The notes under the pieces: generated by a model | Databases searched by the model: none | Seen by the model: only the letters and a program-made list of their open reading frames with translations | What the model was told of the DNA's origin: nothing | NCBI GenBank assembly: GCA_965249135.1 | Contig: OZ252220.1 | Location: 224,001-288,000 of the forward strand | Source: Alphaproteobacteria bacterium | Lineage (GTDB): Bacteria; Pseudomonadota; Alphaproteobacteria; GCA-2746255 | Direction: 5' to 3' | Length of the DNA stretch: 64,000 nt | Made by a program: the position numbers and the translations under genes | Part shown: one piece after another, positions 21,442-30,850 of the stretch | Position numbering within the stretch: the stretch's first letter is position 1 | How the letters are laid out: every line of letters begins with the position of its first letter

Positions 21442-21452
21442 GATGAGGAAAA

Positions 21453-22079
21453 CTACTTGCGCCGTTCGGCAAGCGGCTTCGTGTCGCTCTTTGGGTGGCG
21501 CGCACGCTCGGGCTCGGGTGCCTCGAGTGCCGCCGCAGCTTGGCAGGACGCCAGCGATCGTACGGCAAGCCGTTGATATTCCTTTGTTCCTTGCCCTTTC
21601 CAGGCAATTTCGTCGTCCGTGAGTTCGCGCAAGATCTTGGCCGGAATCCCTGCCACCAGGGTTCGCGGCGGGACCTGAAATTCCGATTGCACGAAGGTCA
21701 TCGCGGCAACGAAGCTGTCTTCGCCAATTACCGCCCCGTCCATGATGACGGAATTCATGCCGACGAGCGCGTTTCGCCGCGTGGTGCAACCGTGCAGCAC
21801 GGCGCCGTGGCCGATGTGGCTATCCGGTTCGAGAATCACGTCCTTGCCGGGGAAAGAGTGGAGGATGCAATTGTCCTGGACGTTTGAGCCGTCACCGACC
21901 GTAAGCCGACCCAAATCCCCCCTTAGGGAGGCGCCGGGTCCGATGTAGCAGTGCTGCCCGATGATCACGTCGCCGATGAGGACGGCGGTCGGATGGACGA
22001 AGCTTGTCCGGTGGACGACCGGGGTAAGCCCCTCATAGGAATAGACGGTTGGTGCGTTGTCGCGGCGCTTTGGTGCCAA
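21453..22079 (-). CDS. PaaY/CaiE-like gamma-carbonic-anhydrase-family hexapeptide repeat protein
   Basis: [51 protein letters not shown]; TTG start at 22079 with GGAGG RBS. Confidence 0.88.
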   Translation of the reverse strand: MAPKRRDNAPTVYSYEGLTPVVHRTSFVHPTAVLIGDVIIGQHCYIGPGASLRGDLGRLTVGDGSNVQDNCILHSFPGKDVILEPDSHIGHGAVLHGCTTRRNALVGMNSVIMDGAVIGEDSFVAAMTFVQSEFQVPPRTLVAGIPAKILRELTDDEIAWKGQGTKEYQRLAVRSLASCQAAAALEAPEPERARHPKSDTKPLAERRK

Positions 22080-22262
22080 GGCGGCCTCCGATCCGGGTTT
22101 GCCGACGAGAATAGGCAGCGCATCCGTTCCTGTCACCGGATTTCCATTAAAAATGGCTGAAATCAGGGATTTTTCTTTTTGGCAGTGCAAAATTCCGGCT
22201 TGTCGATCGGCGCCCGTCGGGGCATATTCCGCCCCGCTCATCCTTACAGGGAGGGGGGCTTT

Positions 22263-23741
22263 TTGGACCGTTCGAAACTTCCCAGTTCCGCCTTCATCGA
22301 TCCGCATGGCAAAAACCGCGATGAGATCGAGGCGCTGGCGCGTGAGGTCCTGGATCTCATTCTTTCCCATGCGACGGACGCGCTGAGCCGGCCGCCGATG
22401 CCGGAAAAGGTGGATCTGCCCACCGCGATCGCCATTCCGGAAACGCCGGTCCCCAAAGAGCGCCTGATCGCCGCGCTGCGGACAATCGTCGCAGGTTCCA
22501 TGAACGCGGCGCATCCGGGCTATGCCGGTCACATGGACCCGATGCCGACGACGATGTCCGTGCTGGCCGATTTCGTCGCCTCGACGCTGAACAACAACAT
22601 GCTGAGCGTCGAGATGTCGCCGATCTTCTCCCGGATGGAACCGTTGCTCCTCAAGGAAATCGCAGGTCTCTTTGGCCTTGGGCCACGCGCCGGCGGGGTG
22701 CTGTTAAGCGGCGGTAGCCTTGCCAATCTCCAGGCACTGGCCATCGCTCGTAACCTGGCTTTCGATGCGCATGGGAAGGGAGTCGCCGGCCTTGACCGGC
22801 AACCCGTCATCTTTGCCTCCGAGGCGGCGCATACCTCGATTCAAAAAGCCGCCATGCTGCTGGGGTTGGGGACGTCGGCCGTAATCCCGATCGCCATGAC
22901 GGCCGATTCAAAAATGGACCTCGAGGATCTCGAACAGGCCATCCAACAAGCAAAAGTGGAAGGCAAGGCGCCATTTTGCGTGGTAGCCACGGCCGGCACG
23001 ACGATCACCGGAAGCATCGATCCACTTGCCGACATCCATCGCATCGCAAAGGCGCATGACCTTTGGTTTCATGTGGACGCGGTCTTTGCCGGCGCCCTGA
23101 TCCTTTCCGACAAGCATCGTCACCGCCTGAAGGGGATCGAGCTCGCCGATTCACTGGCCTTTAACCCGCAGAAATGGCTGTACGTTTCGAAAACCTGCGC
23201 GATGGTCCTCTTCCGGGATGCTCGGCATATGGAGCGCACCTTCCGGATTCAGGCGCCCTATATGCAAGATCCGGATGACATTCTCAATCTGGGCGAAATC
23301 AGTGTTCAGGGCACCCGCTATCCGGACATTCTGAAACTTTGGTTGTCGCTTCAGCATATCGGGCGTGAAGGCTATGCGCAGTTGATCGACGAAGCTTGTC
23401 GTCTGACCGAGTATTTTGTGAAGGAGGTCGAGGCGCGCGCCTTCCTTGAACTTGCCACGCGTCCGGAATCAAGCGTCATCTGCTTCCGTGGCGTTCCGGA
23501 GTGGGTGGCGCCCGATTCATGGGACGCATGGAACGAAACGCTCCAAGCTTTGCTGCTGAAAGAATGCAGCACCTTCCTTTCGATTCCGAGGTTCCGCGGA
23601 AGACGTTGGCTACGGGCGATTCTGCTCAATCCCTATCTGGAAGAAGAAACGATCGCGCAGCTTTTCCGGCATATCGACGCGTTTGCGGCGGATCGCAGCA
23701 AAACATCCGTGCCAAGCCTTGCCGCCGAAACCACCCGGTAA
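22263..23741 (+). CDS. Group II PLP-dependent amino acid decarboxylase (DABA/glutamate/CSAD-like)
   Basis: [53 protein letters not shown] (PLP lysine); likely TTG start at 22263 after GGAGG. Confidence 0.88.
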   Translation: MDRSKLPSSAFIDPHGKNRDEIEALAREVLDLILSHATDALSRPPMPEKVDLPTAIAIPETPVPKERLIAALRTIVAGSMNAAHPGYAGHMDPMPTTMSVLADFVASTLNNNMLSVEMSPIFSRMEPLLLKEIAGLFGLGPRAGGVLLSGGSLANLQALAIARNLAFDAHGKGVAGLDRQPVIFASEAAHTSIQKAAMLLGLGTSAVIPIAMTADSKMDLEDLEQAIQQAKVEGKAPFCVVATAGTTITGSIDPLADIHRIAKAHDLWFHVDAVFAGALILSDKHRHRLKGIELADSLAFNPQKWLYVSKTCAMVLFRDARHMERTFRIQAPYMQDPDDILNLGEISVQGTRYPDILKLWLSLQHIGREGYAQLIDEACRLTEYFVKEVEARAFLELATRPESSVICFRGVPEWVAPDSWDAWNETLQALLLKECSTFLSIPRFRGRRWLRAILLNPYLEEETIAQLFRHIDAFAADRSKTSVPSLAAETTR

Positions 23742-23971
23742 CCCTCTAACCCCCGAAAATTCCATCCTTTTTTTAAAATTACGTCGGTTTTGTTAACGCC
23801 CCCAAGCTCAGATGGCGCTTGAACAAGACCGTGCCTGCGGGTACGTTTTTAAGGCATCGACGCCCGATTCCTTAAAAGAAAGAACTTACTAACTTTAAGG
23901 GGGCTAGACTTTATTCTGCCCGCGGGGTCCATGGGCAGACGGAAGCGAAACGCAAGGGGCAGGGAAAGGCG

Positions 23972-25234
23972 ATGGCGGAATCCATCCGTACATTCTGGGA
24001 GAGCCTGCGTGCGCAAGCGATGCGTCGGTGGTGGGTATTCTGCGCGAAATTCATCTTGCGCCAGCAACCCTTGCGGATCCGTACAAAGCATTGGATTGCC
24101 TCGAAACTGCTCGACGTACACCGTTGGATTTTTCCGGAGCGCCAGATCATCGTGCGCTCGAAAGGCAGCGTACGGTTCGTAAGTCTTTCCCATGGTGTGC
24201 AATTGGCCATCCTGCTCGTGGCCACGGCCCTGGCCGGGTGGGGCGGCTATGCAACCCATGCCTTCTTTGCCAAAGATCGCATTCTTGCGGCAAAGAACGA
24301 GCGAATCACCGAAACCCTCGTCGCCTACCGTGAACTTCTTGATCAATATGCGGATTCCCAGGCACGTTTTGCCTCGGCGGCGCGAAACCTGGAACAAAAT
24401 CATAGTTACCTCCTCGGGATCGTCGAGCCGGAAGCGGCCGCGAAGGCCGAACGCGAGCGTGCCCAGTTGGATACCGGTGAGGAAACGCACTTGGTTGGCC
24501 TCAAGGATATCCTCAAGGCGCACGAGCAACTCGAAACTTGGATGGCGGACATCCACTCCTCGCAGCACGACGTGGTGCGCAAATTGACCGATAAGGCCCG
24601 TGGCGATCTGGATGAGGCCAAGCAACTGATCTCCGGGCTCGGGATCGATGTCGAACGCGCCCTTTCAGAAGAAACGGTGGCAGAACTTGGTCAAGGTGGT
24701 CCGTTTGTGGCCTTGCGACCGGGTCGCACGCCGGGAAGTGCCTTCCGTGCCGACCTTGCCAAACTGGACATACATATCGACCGCTGGGAGGGTGTGCAGC
24801 GGTTGTTGCGGGCGTTGCCACTCGCAACGCCTTTGAACCGGTTCTATGTCGCAAGCCGCTATGGCCGTCGCAAGGACCCGCTCAATGGGCGCCCGGCTAT
24901 GCATTATGGGGCGGATCTTTCAGGAGTCTTCAAATCCCCCATCCTGAGCACAGCTCCCGGGATTGTCGTCTTCGTTGGGCGGAACGGCAAATATGGAAAG
25001 ATGGTGGAGATTGACCACGGGCAGGGTATCCGCACGCGTTATGGGCATTTACATAAGATCCTCGTGAAGAACGGCCAGCATGTTGGCTTCCGCGAGCGGG
25101 TCGGACTGTTGGGTAGTACTGGCCGAAGCACGGGGCCTCATGTCCATTATGAAATCCGTGTCAACGGCACGCCATATAATCCGCAAAAGTTTTTTAAGGT
25201 AGGAAGACATGTTTTCAAAAATTGGGAAGGGTAA
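23972..25234 (+). CDS. Membrane-anchored coiled-coil M23 peptidoglycan endopeptidase (LmdC-like)
   Basis: FPERQIIVRS N-terminal motif, TM segment, coiled coil, HYGAD, TRYGHL, GSTGRSTGPHVHYE. Confidence 0.9.
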   Translation: MAESIRTFWESLRAQAMRRWWVFCAKFILRQQPLRIRTKHWIASKLLDVHRWIFPERQIIVRSKGSVRFVSLSHGVQLAILLVATALAGWGGYATHAFFAKDRILAAKNERITETLVAYRELLDQYADSQARFASAARNLEQNHSYLLGIVEPEAAAKAERERAQLDTGEETHLVGLKDILKAHEQLETWMADIHSSQHDVVRKLTDKARGDLDEAKQLISGLGIDVERALSEETVAELGQGGPFVALRPGRTPGSAFRADLAKLDIHIDRWEGVQRLLRALPLATPLNRFYVASRYGRRKDPLNGRPAMHYGADLSGVFKSPILSTAPGIVVFVGRNGKYGKMVEIDHGQGIRTRYGHLHKILVKNGQHVGFRERVGLLGSTGRSTGPHVHYEIRVNGTPYNPQKFFKVGRHVFKNWEG

Positions 25235-25688
25235 GTTGAGTGGCGCGATGAGTTCTGTTTCGGATTCTTCTATACCCTCGATTATCAGCGCAAACCTGCA
25301 AATCTCTGGTGATCTCATCAGCAACGGCGATCTACAGATCGACGGAACCGTCGAAGGCAATGTGCGTAGCCAGACACTGACGGTTGGTGAGACAGCGACG
25401 ATTACGGGCGATATGGATGCGGAAAGCGTGCAGATCCGTGGGTCGGTTGTCGGCCAGATTAATGCGCGGACCGTGACGTTGATGAAGACGGCGCGTGTCG
25501 TCGGCGACGTCATGCACGAAACGCTGGCCATCGACGCAGGCGCCTATCTTGAGGGGGCTTGCCGTCACGTCGAAGCCCCAAAGCCTGCCGTCAAGACGAT
25601 CGGCGTCAGTTCCGTTTCCGTTAAGCCCGCGAAAGAAGCGGAGATTGAGCCTGCCTATTCGACCTATTCCGGTGGGAAAACCGGCTAA
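25209..25688 (+). CDS. Bactofilin (polymer-forming cytoskeletal protein)
   Basis: MFSK N-terminus, PSIISANLQISGDL..GDLQIDGTVEG, ARVVGDV, LAIDAGAYLEG; overlaps the end of the M23 gene. Confidence 0.92.
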   Translation: MFSKIGKGKLSGAMSSVSDSSIPSIISANLQISGDLISNGDLQIDGTVEGNVRSQTLTVGETATITGDMDAESVQIRGSVVGQINARTVTLMKTARVVGDVMHETLAIDAGAYLEGACRHVEAPKPAVKTIGVSSVSVKPAKEAEIEPAYSTYSGGKTG

Positions 25689-26560
25689 GCGCCGGTATCG
25701 ACGATTTCCAGGAAGCGTTTGATGGCTTCAAGGCAAACCGGCTCGTTCAGCAACGGCACGTGCCCGCAATCGGGTATGGTGGCCTGAACGAGGTCCGGCT
25801 TCTCCGCGGCCATTCGCTCTAAGGTTTCCGGCGTCAAGATATCGGAAAGTTCGCCACGCAGTGCGAGCACGGGCAGGTGCCGGAGCGAGCGATAGAGATG
25901 CCACATATCCTGCGTCGGCCCCGGATGTCGGAGCAGGGGCTCTGCGATCCGGATGTCCCAGTCGTAGTGCAAAAGGCCGTCCGGCCCCTCGCGGTAAGTC
26001 CGTCGCGCAAGGCCCTCCCAACCTTCCGCCGTTTTGATCGACAGGTTTGGCACGGTGGCTTCAAGATGCCTTGCCGCCGCCTGCCAGGTCGGCTGCGGTC
26101 GGCCCTCACGGATATAAGCGAGGATACGGGCCAGCCCTTTCGCGCCTACATCGGGCCCGACGTCATTGAGGGCGACGCCGGCCAGTGCCGTCGGCGCCAT
26201 CGCACCCATGGCCATTCCAAGGATGCCGCCAAGCGATGTGCCGACGATCACGATCCTGTGCACACCGGTTGCCGCCAGTAGATGGCGAACGTCGTTCAGA
26301 TAGGTGCGTGGGTGGTAGTTTCGCCAATCCTGGTCGTATTCGGACCGTCCGCGTCCGCGGTAATCCGGCGCAAGAACACGCCGCTCACTCGCGAGCCGCA
26401 TGGCAAGGTCATGAAAATCGCTGGAATTTCGGGTCAGACCACCCAGACAAAGCAGCGGTTTCTTTTCCGATAACGGATTCCCGTAGTCGCGAAAATAAAG
26501 ACGAAGCCCGTCCTGCGAGGTGAAATATCGTGCTTTATAATCGGAGGTGACCTTGTTCAT
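25685..26560 (-). CDS. Alpha/beta hydrolase
   Basis: DGLRLYFRDYG, GLTRNSSDF, DYRGRGRS, GTSLGG nucleophile elbow, RGELSD, GHVP. Confidence 0.9.
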   Translation of the reverse strand: MNKVTSDYKARYFTSQDGLRLYFRDYGNPLSEKKPLLCLGGLTRNSSDFHDLAMRLASERRVLAPDYRGRGRSEYDQDWRNYHPRTYLNDVRHLLAATGVHRIVIVGTSLGGILGMAMGAMAPTALAGVALNDVGPDVGAKGLARILAYIREGRPQPTWQAAARHLEATVPNLSIKTAEGWEGLARRTYREGPDGLLHYDWDIRIAEPLLRHPGPTQDMWHLYRSLRHLPVLALRGELSDILTPETLERMAAEKPDLVQATIPDCGHVPLLNEPVCLEAIKRFLEIVDTGA

Positions 26561-26674
26561 TGCGGGTCAAGACTCGCTTCTCTTTGACGGCAGAACGGGG
26601 AGATGCGCCTTGGCAAGGCTCTTGCATTTCCCCTATACAGGAGCCGGACTCGGCGCCATGTCGAGAGGGGCCCC

Positions 26675-27214
26675 ATGACTTTTCTCATTTGGCTTGCGCA
26701 TAGCATCGATCGTTTCAACGACATGATCGGGCGCAAGATTGCCTGGGTGGCGTTAGCCATGGCAGGCGTCCAGTTCATCGTTGTCCTGATGCGTTACGTC
26801 TTCGGAGTCAGTGAAATATGGCTCCAAGAGTCGATCCTTTATATGCACGGCATTCTGTTCATGCTGGGCGCTGGTTATACCCTGCTTCACAACGGACATG
26901 TCCGTATCGATATTTTCTATCGCGATGCCTCGCCTGCGCGCAAGGCATGGGTGGACTTGATCGGTGTTTTTGTCTTCTTGGCTCCGATCTGCGTCGCCAT
27001 CTTTTATATCGCGTGGCCTTACGTGGTTGATTCATGGGCCGTACGGGAAGGCTCGCGCGAAACGAGTGGGATCCAGGCCGTCTATTTACTGAAGACCGTC
27101 ATCCCGGTCTTTGCCGCCCTTCTTTTTCTCCAGGGGGCTTCGATGGCGATTCACGCGGCTGCCGTCCTCATGGGTCGCGAGACGTCGAAGTTGGAACCAC
27201 CGAGAAAGCTCTGA
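26675..27214 (+). CDS. TRAP transporter small permease (DctQ)
   Basis: VVLMRYVF, GAGYTLLHNGHVRIDIFY, EGSRETSG. Confidence 0.92.
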   Translation: MTFLIWLAHSIDRFNDMIGRKIAWVALAMAGVQFIVVLMRYVFGVSEIWLQESILYMHGILFMLGAGYTLLHNGHVRIDIFYRDASPARKAWVDLIGVFVFLAPICVAIFYIAWPYVVDSWAVREGSRETSGIQAVYLLKTVIPVFAALLFLQGASMAIHAAAVLMGRETSKLEPPRKL

Positions 27215-27217
27215 GGC

Positions 27218-28789
27218 ATGGCGGACTTTCTGAACATCTTGATGTTCGTTACCCTGTGCGCCTTCCTCCTCGCAGGCTTCCCGGTGGCCTTTACCCTGGC
27301 TGGCACGGCGCTCATCTTTGCCGGTATCGGCACCTTGTTGGGCGCGTTTGATCCCGTCTTCCTTGTCGCCTTCCCGCAACGAATTTTCGGAACGATGACG
27401 AACGAGGTCCTCGTTGCCGTCCCGCTTTTCGTTTTCATGGGCGTCATGCTCGAACGTTCCCGTGTGGCCGAGGAGTTGCTCGACTCGATGGGGATGTTGT
27501 TCGGTGCCCTGCGAGGGGGCCTCGGGATCTCGGTGACGATCGTCGGCGCGTTGATGGCGGCCTCGACGGGAATCGTCGGTGCGACGGTCGTGACGATGGG
27601 CCTGCTTTCACTCCCCACCATGTTACGGCGTGGCTACGACCCAAAGCTGGCGGCCGGGTCGATCTGCGCCGCCGGAACGTTGGGTCAGATCATTCCGCCG
27701 TCCATCGTTCTGGTTCTGTTGGGGGATGTGCTTTCGTCCGCCTACCAGCAGGCGCAGCTTTCCTTGGGTAATTTCTCGCCGAAGACGGTCTCCGTCGGCG
27801 ATCTGTTCGTCGGCGCTCTGCTGCCCGGACTGTTGCTGGTGAGCCTCTATCTCGTCTATCAGATCGGTAAGGCCACCTTTGATCCCGAGGCGGCGCCCGC
27901 CATTCCGGAGGCCGAGCGGGCCTTGGTCAGCCGAGCCATGCTCGTACGGCGGATCCTCCATTCCCTTGTCCCGCCGATCCTTCTCATCGTCGCCGTGCTC
28001 GGCTCCATTCTTACTGGGGTGGCGACCCCGACGGAGGCGGCGGCGGTCGGCGCCATCGGCTCGACGCTTCTGGCCGGCCTCCGGATCGATGAAAGACGGC
28101 CCTTGGCGATCTACCTTGCCGGCCTTGGCCTGATCGGGTTGGTGGGTTTGAGCTTCGGCTCGGGCGTTCACCTGGGAAGGGTGGAGGCCTCGACGGTGGA
28201 TCAGGGCCTTCTGATCGCCGCCTCGCTGCTTTGTCTGATGGTGGTCGCGGGCACCCTCGTCAGCCTGCAGCGCGTCTTTGCGGCCGGCATTCTGCGCGAA
28301 GTCTTGCGTTCCACGATGCAGATCAGCTCGATGGTCTTTGTGATCCTGATCGGGGCCTCGCTGCTCTCCCTCGTTTTTCTGGGGTATGGCGGCGACGACA
28401 TGGTGCACGGATTTCTCGCGACTCTACCAGGGGGTGTCGTGGGCGCCATGATCCTCGTCATGATCGTGATGTTTGTGCTGGGCTTCTTTCTGGATTTCAT
28501 TCAGATCACGTTCGTCGTCGTGCCGATCGTCGCCCCGATCCTGATGCAGATGGGGTTGGATCCGATCTGGCTTGGCGTGATGATGGCCGTCAACCTACAA
28601 ACGTCGTTTTTGACGCCGCCTTTCGGCTTTGCGCTTTTTTACTTACGAGGCGTGGCGCCGGAAAGCGTTACGACGCTGGATATCTACCGCGGCGTGCTTC
28701 CCTTCATCGTGATTCAACTTATAGCGCTTGGGATTCTTGCGCTGTTCCCCGGGCTGACCACGTGGCTACCCCAGCTTGTTTATGGGTAA
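27218..28789 (+). CDS. TRAP transporter large permease (DctM)
   Basis: GFPVAFTL, AVPLFVFMG, GTLGQIIPPSI, ATPTEAAAVGA, NLQTSFLTPPFG. Confidence 0.94.
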   Translation: MADFLNILMFVTLCAFLLAGFPVAFTLAGTALIFAGIGTLLGAFDPVFLVAFPQRIFGTMTNEVLVAVPLFVFMGVMLERSRVAEELLDSMGMLFGALRGGLGISVTIVGALMAASTGIVGATVVTMGLLSLPTMLRRGYDPKLAAGSICAAGTLGQIIPPSIVLVLLGDVLSSAYQQAQLSLGNFSPKTVSVGDLFVGALLPGLLLVSLYLVYQIGKATFDPEAAPAIPEAERALVSRAMLVRRILHSLVPPILLIVAVLGSILTGVATPTEAAAVGAIGSTLLAGLRIDERRPLAIYLAGLGLIGLVGLSFGSGVHLGRVEASTVDQGLLIAASLLCLMVVAGTLVSLQRVFAAGILREVLRSTMQISSMVFVILIGASLLSLVFLGYGGDDMVHGFLATLPGGVVGAMILVMIVMFVLGFFLDFIQITFVVVPIVAPILMQMGLDPIWLGVMMAVNLQTSFLTPPFGFALFYLRGVAPESVTTLDIYRGVLPFIVIQLIALGILALFPGLTTWLPQLVYG

Positions 28790-28792
28790 TGC

Positions 28793-28951
28793 TTAACGCT
28801 GCAAGTCGTCCGATGTCCGCAGGATGAATTTTCCGCCATTCGTGCGTACGCGATAGATCTGCAGATTTTCGAGAATACGTTGAATGTAGTTCCGCGTTTC
28901 GTAAATGGGAATCGATTCGACCCAGTCGATGGCATTGGCGCCCGATTCACG
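28793..28951 (-). pseudogene. slt: 3' remnant of slt (lytic transglycosylase C-terminus)
   Basis: Reads RESGANAIDWVESIPIYETRNYIQRILENLQIYRVRTNGGKFILRTSDDLQR*, the Slt70-type ETRxY motif IV tail; not in the ORF track. Confidence 0.9.
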
Positions 28952-28956
28952 GGATT

Positions 28957-30842
28957 GGCATCACTCCGTTTCCCTTCCCCGCTCATCAAGCCGGACGTGC
29001 GAATTTCCCGCATCCGGCTTTCCGACTGGCTTCATCCCGGGGCACACGGCGGGGGGCCAAGATGAACCCGGCGCAGCCGAAGCACGCCGAGATCCCCGAA
29101 CACGGTCCCAGCAGAGAACCGCGTGGTGCCGCGCGACGGCACCTTGTGACGCCTGACCAGAGAATGCCGCACGCGCTCATAGACGTAATTGTCGACCGCT
29201 CGATAGGCCGGCAGGCGCGTCCCGTAGCCGAAGTAGTGCGGCCAGCCGCGCAGCACGCTGTTCAGCTGGTCGCGCCTCGGGCCAGGGTGCCTGGTTGCCG
29301 GGCCGCAGGAGCCCTCGGACCTTCAGCTTGAGCCGAGCCACGCTCTTCCTGGACGGGCTCGCCCCCAGATACCAGTGGCCATCCTTGCGAAAGCGCTGCG
29401 GGCCGAAGCTATAGCCCAGGAAGTCGAAGCTCTCCTTGCGGCCATCGCGGACGCTGGTCTTGGCCTCGTTCAGGGTCAGTCCCAGCCGGGTCATCACCTG
29501 CCGCGTCCAGACCAAGGCCTCCCTCGCGTGTCCGCGACTGAGGATGACAAGGTCATCGGCATAGTTCACCACCTCGGCGCGGAACCTTGTGCCCTGCCCG
29601 GTGATCCGCCAGTACTTCAGAAAGCGGTTCATGTAGAGCGCGGCGAGCAGCGGCGAAACAATCCCGCCTTGCGGGGTTCCCCGTGTGCTCCCCCGGCCGC
29701 CCGTCATGCGCCGCTTGCCATCCCCGTCGGTCTCCTCGACCGGTGTCTTGAGCCACAATTTGATCAGGCGCAGGACGTTGCGATCGACGATCCGGCGCGC
29801 AACCGATTGCATCAGTTCCGCATGGGGAATCGTATCGAAGTACTTGGACAAATCCGCGTCAACCACGTCCGTGTAGCCGCGACAGAGAAGCTTGTGGACC
29901 GCCTGGACGGCATCGCCCGCAGAGCGTTTCGGTCGGTAGCCATAGGCACTGGGCTCGAGATCGGCCTCGAAGATCGGTTCGATCACGAGCTTGACGGCGC
30001 CTTGCACCACCCGGTCCCGGATCGTCGGGATGCCGAGCGGTCGTTCGCCGCCGCCGGGCTTTGGGACCATCGCCCGCCGCACCGGCTCAGGTCTGTACGT
30101 CTTGGCGCGAAGGTCGTCCCTGATCCCGGACAGCCACCCCTCCAGCCCCATCGCCTCGATCTCCTCGAAGCTCTGTCCATCCACCCCCGGCGCGCCCTTG
30201 TTGGACCGCGCCAGTCGGTAGGCATGGAACAGGATGTCTTCGCGATAGACCTTGTCGTAGAGCAGGTAGAAGCGGAAGTCCGGTTCCGCCTTCGCCTTGA
30301 GATAGAGCTTCCTCTGGAGAGTCCGGATCTTTTCAGGTGTTTGCAGGCGCATCGCCAATCACCCCGCCTCCTCTCCGTCAAAAGCGCACCAGAAGTAAGG
30401 GTGCTTCCCTCCGCCGGCATTACCCGGCATCAACGGTACTATCACCCTTTCCGATTCCCGCCCGCGCCGCCACCCGAGGTGACGTTGAGGCCGCTACCCT
30501 CGCCCGCGACGGGCCTCCCCCGATTACCCGTATCACCTTCCTTGCGTGCCGTGCCCACTACCCCGGCGGACCGGAACGGGTGCATTCGTCGGTTACTCCC
30601 CCGTTCCACGCGGCCTTCCCCTAATCTCAGGAGGGTCGGCGTCCATATCTTCACTTTCGAGGCCTGCTCAGGCTTCACTCGCGTTCGGCCCGCAAGGTCG
30701 CTCAACCGCCCAAGGCGGCCTTTGTCACAGGACTTCGGTCCCGCCGGTTACCCGACAAGACCGCCTGTCAGCTACCAGATCAAACCGACAACTGTCTGGG
30801 TGGATCCTTCCTCCACTGGTGTTACGCGCCGTCGGGGCGCAC
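28957..30842 (-). mobile_element. Group II intron (bacterial class F-like, no En domain), degenerate and 3'-truncated
   Basis: 5' GTGCG at 30842; EBS1-type stem-loop at 30618-30633; RT ORF inside; domain V AAGCCGGATGCGGGAAATTCGCACGTCCGGCTT at ~28988-29020; only the 5' arm of domain VI is present. Confidence 0.92.
29032..30358 (-). pseudogene. ltrA: Group II intron reverse transcriptase/maturase, frameshifted in domain X
   Basis: NKGAPGVDG, PKPGGGERPLGIPTIRDRVVQ, SAYGYRPKRSA, DADLSKYFDTI, GTPQGGIVSPLL, NYADD, FDFLG; frame breaks near 29272 (PWPE|RDQLNSVLRGWPHYFGYG) and continues in ORF 29032-29256. Confidence 0.93.
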
Positions 30843-30850
30843 AGAGACTT

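Noticed and set aside
29032-30358. RT as part of a retron, DGR, CRISPR-RT or defence system
   Set aside because: It has group II intron RT and X-domain motifs plus a GTGCG 5' end and domain V. No TR/VR repeat pair, msr-msd, cas genes or effector partner was seen.
30725-30850. C-terminal extension of the 611-aa Slt ORF as a new domain
   Set aside because: It is read-through into intron domain I RNA sequence.
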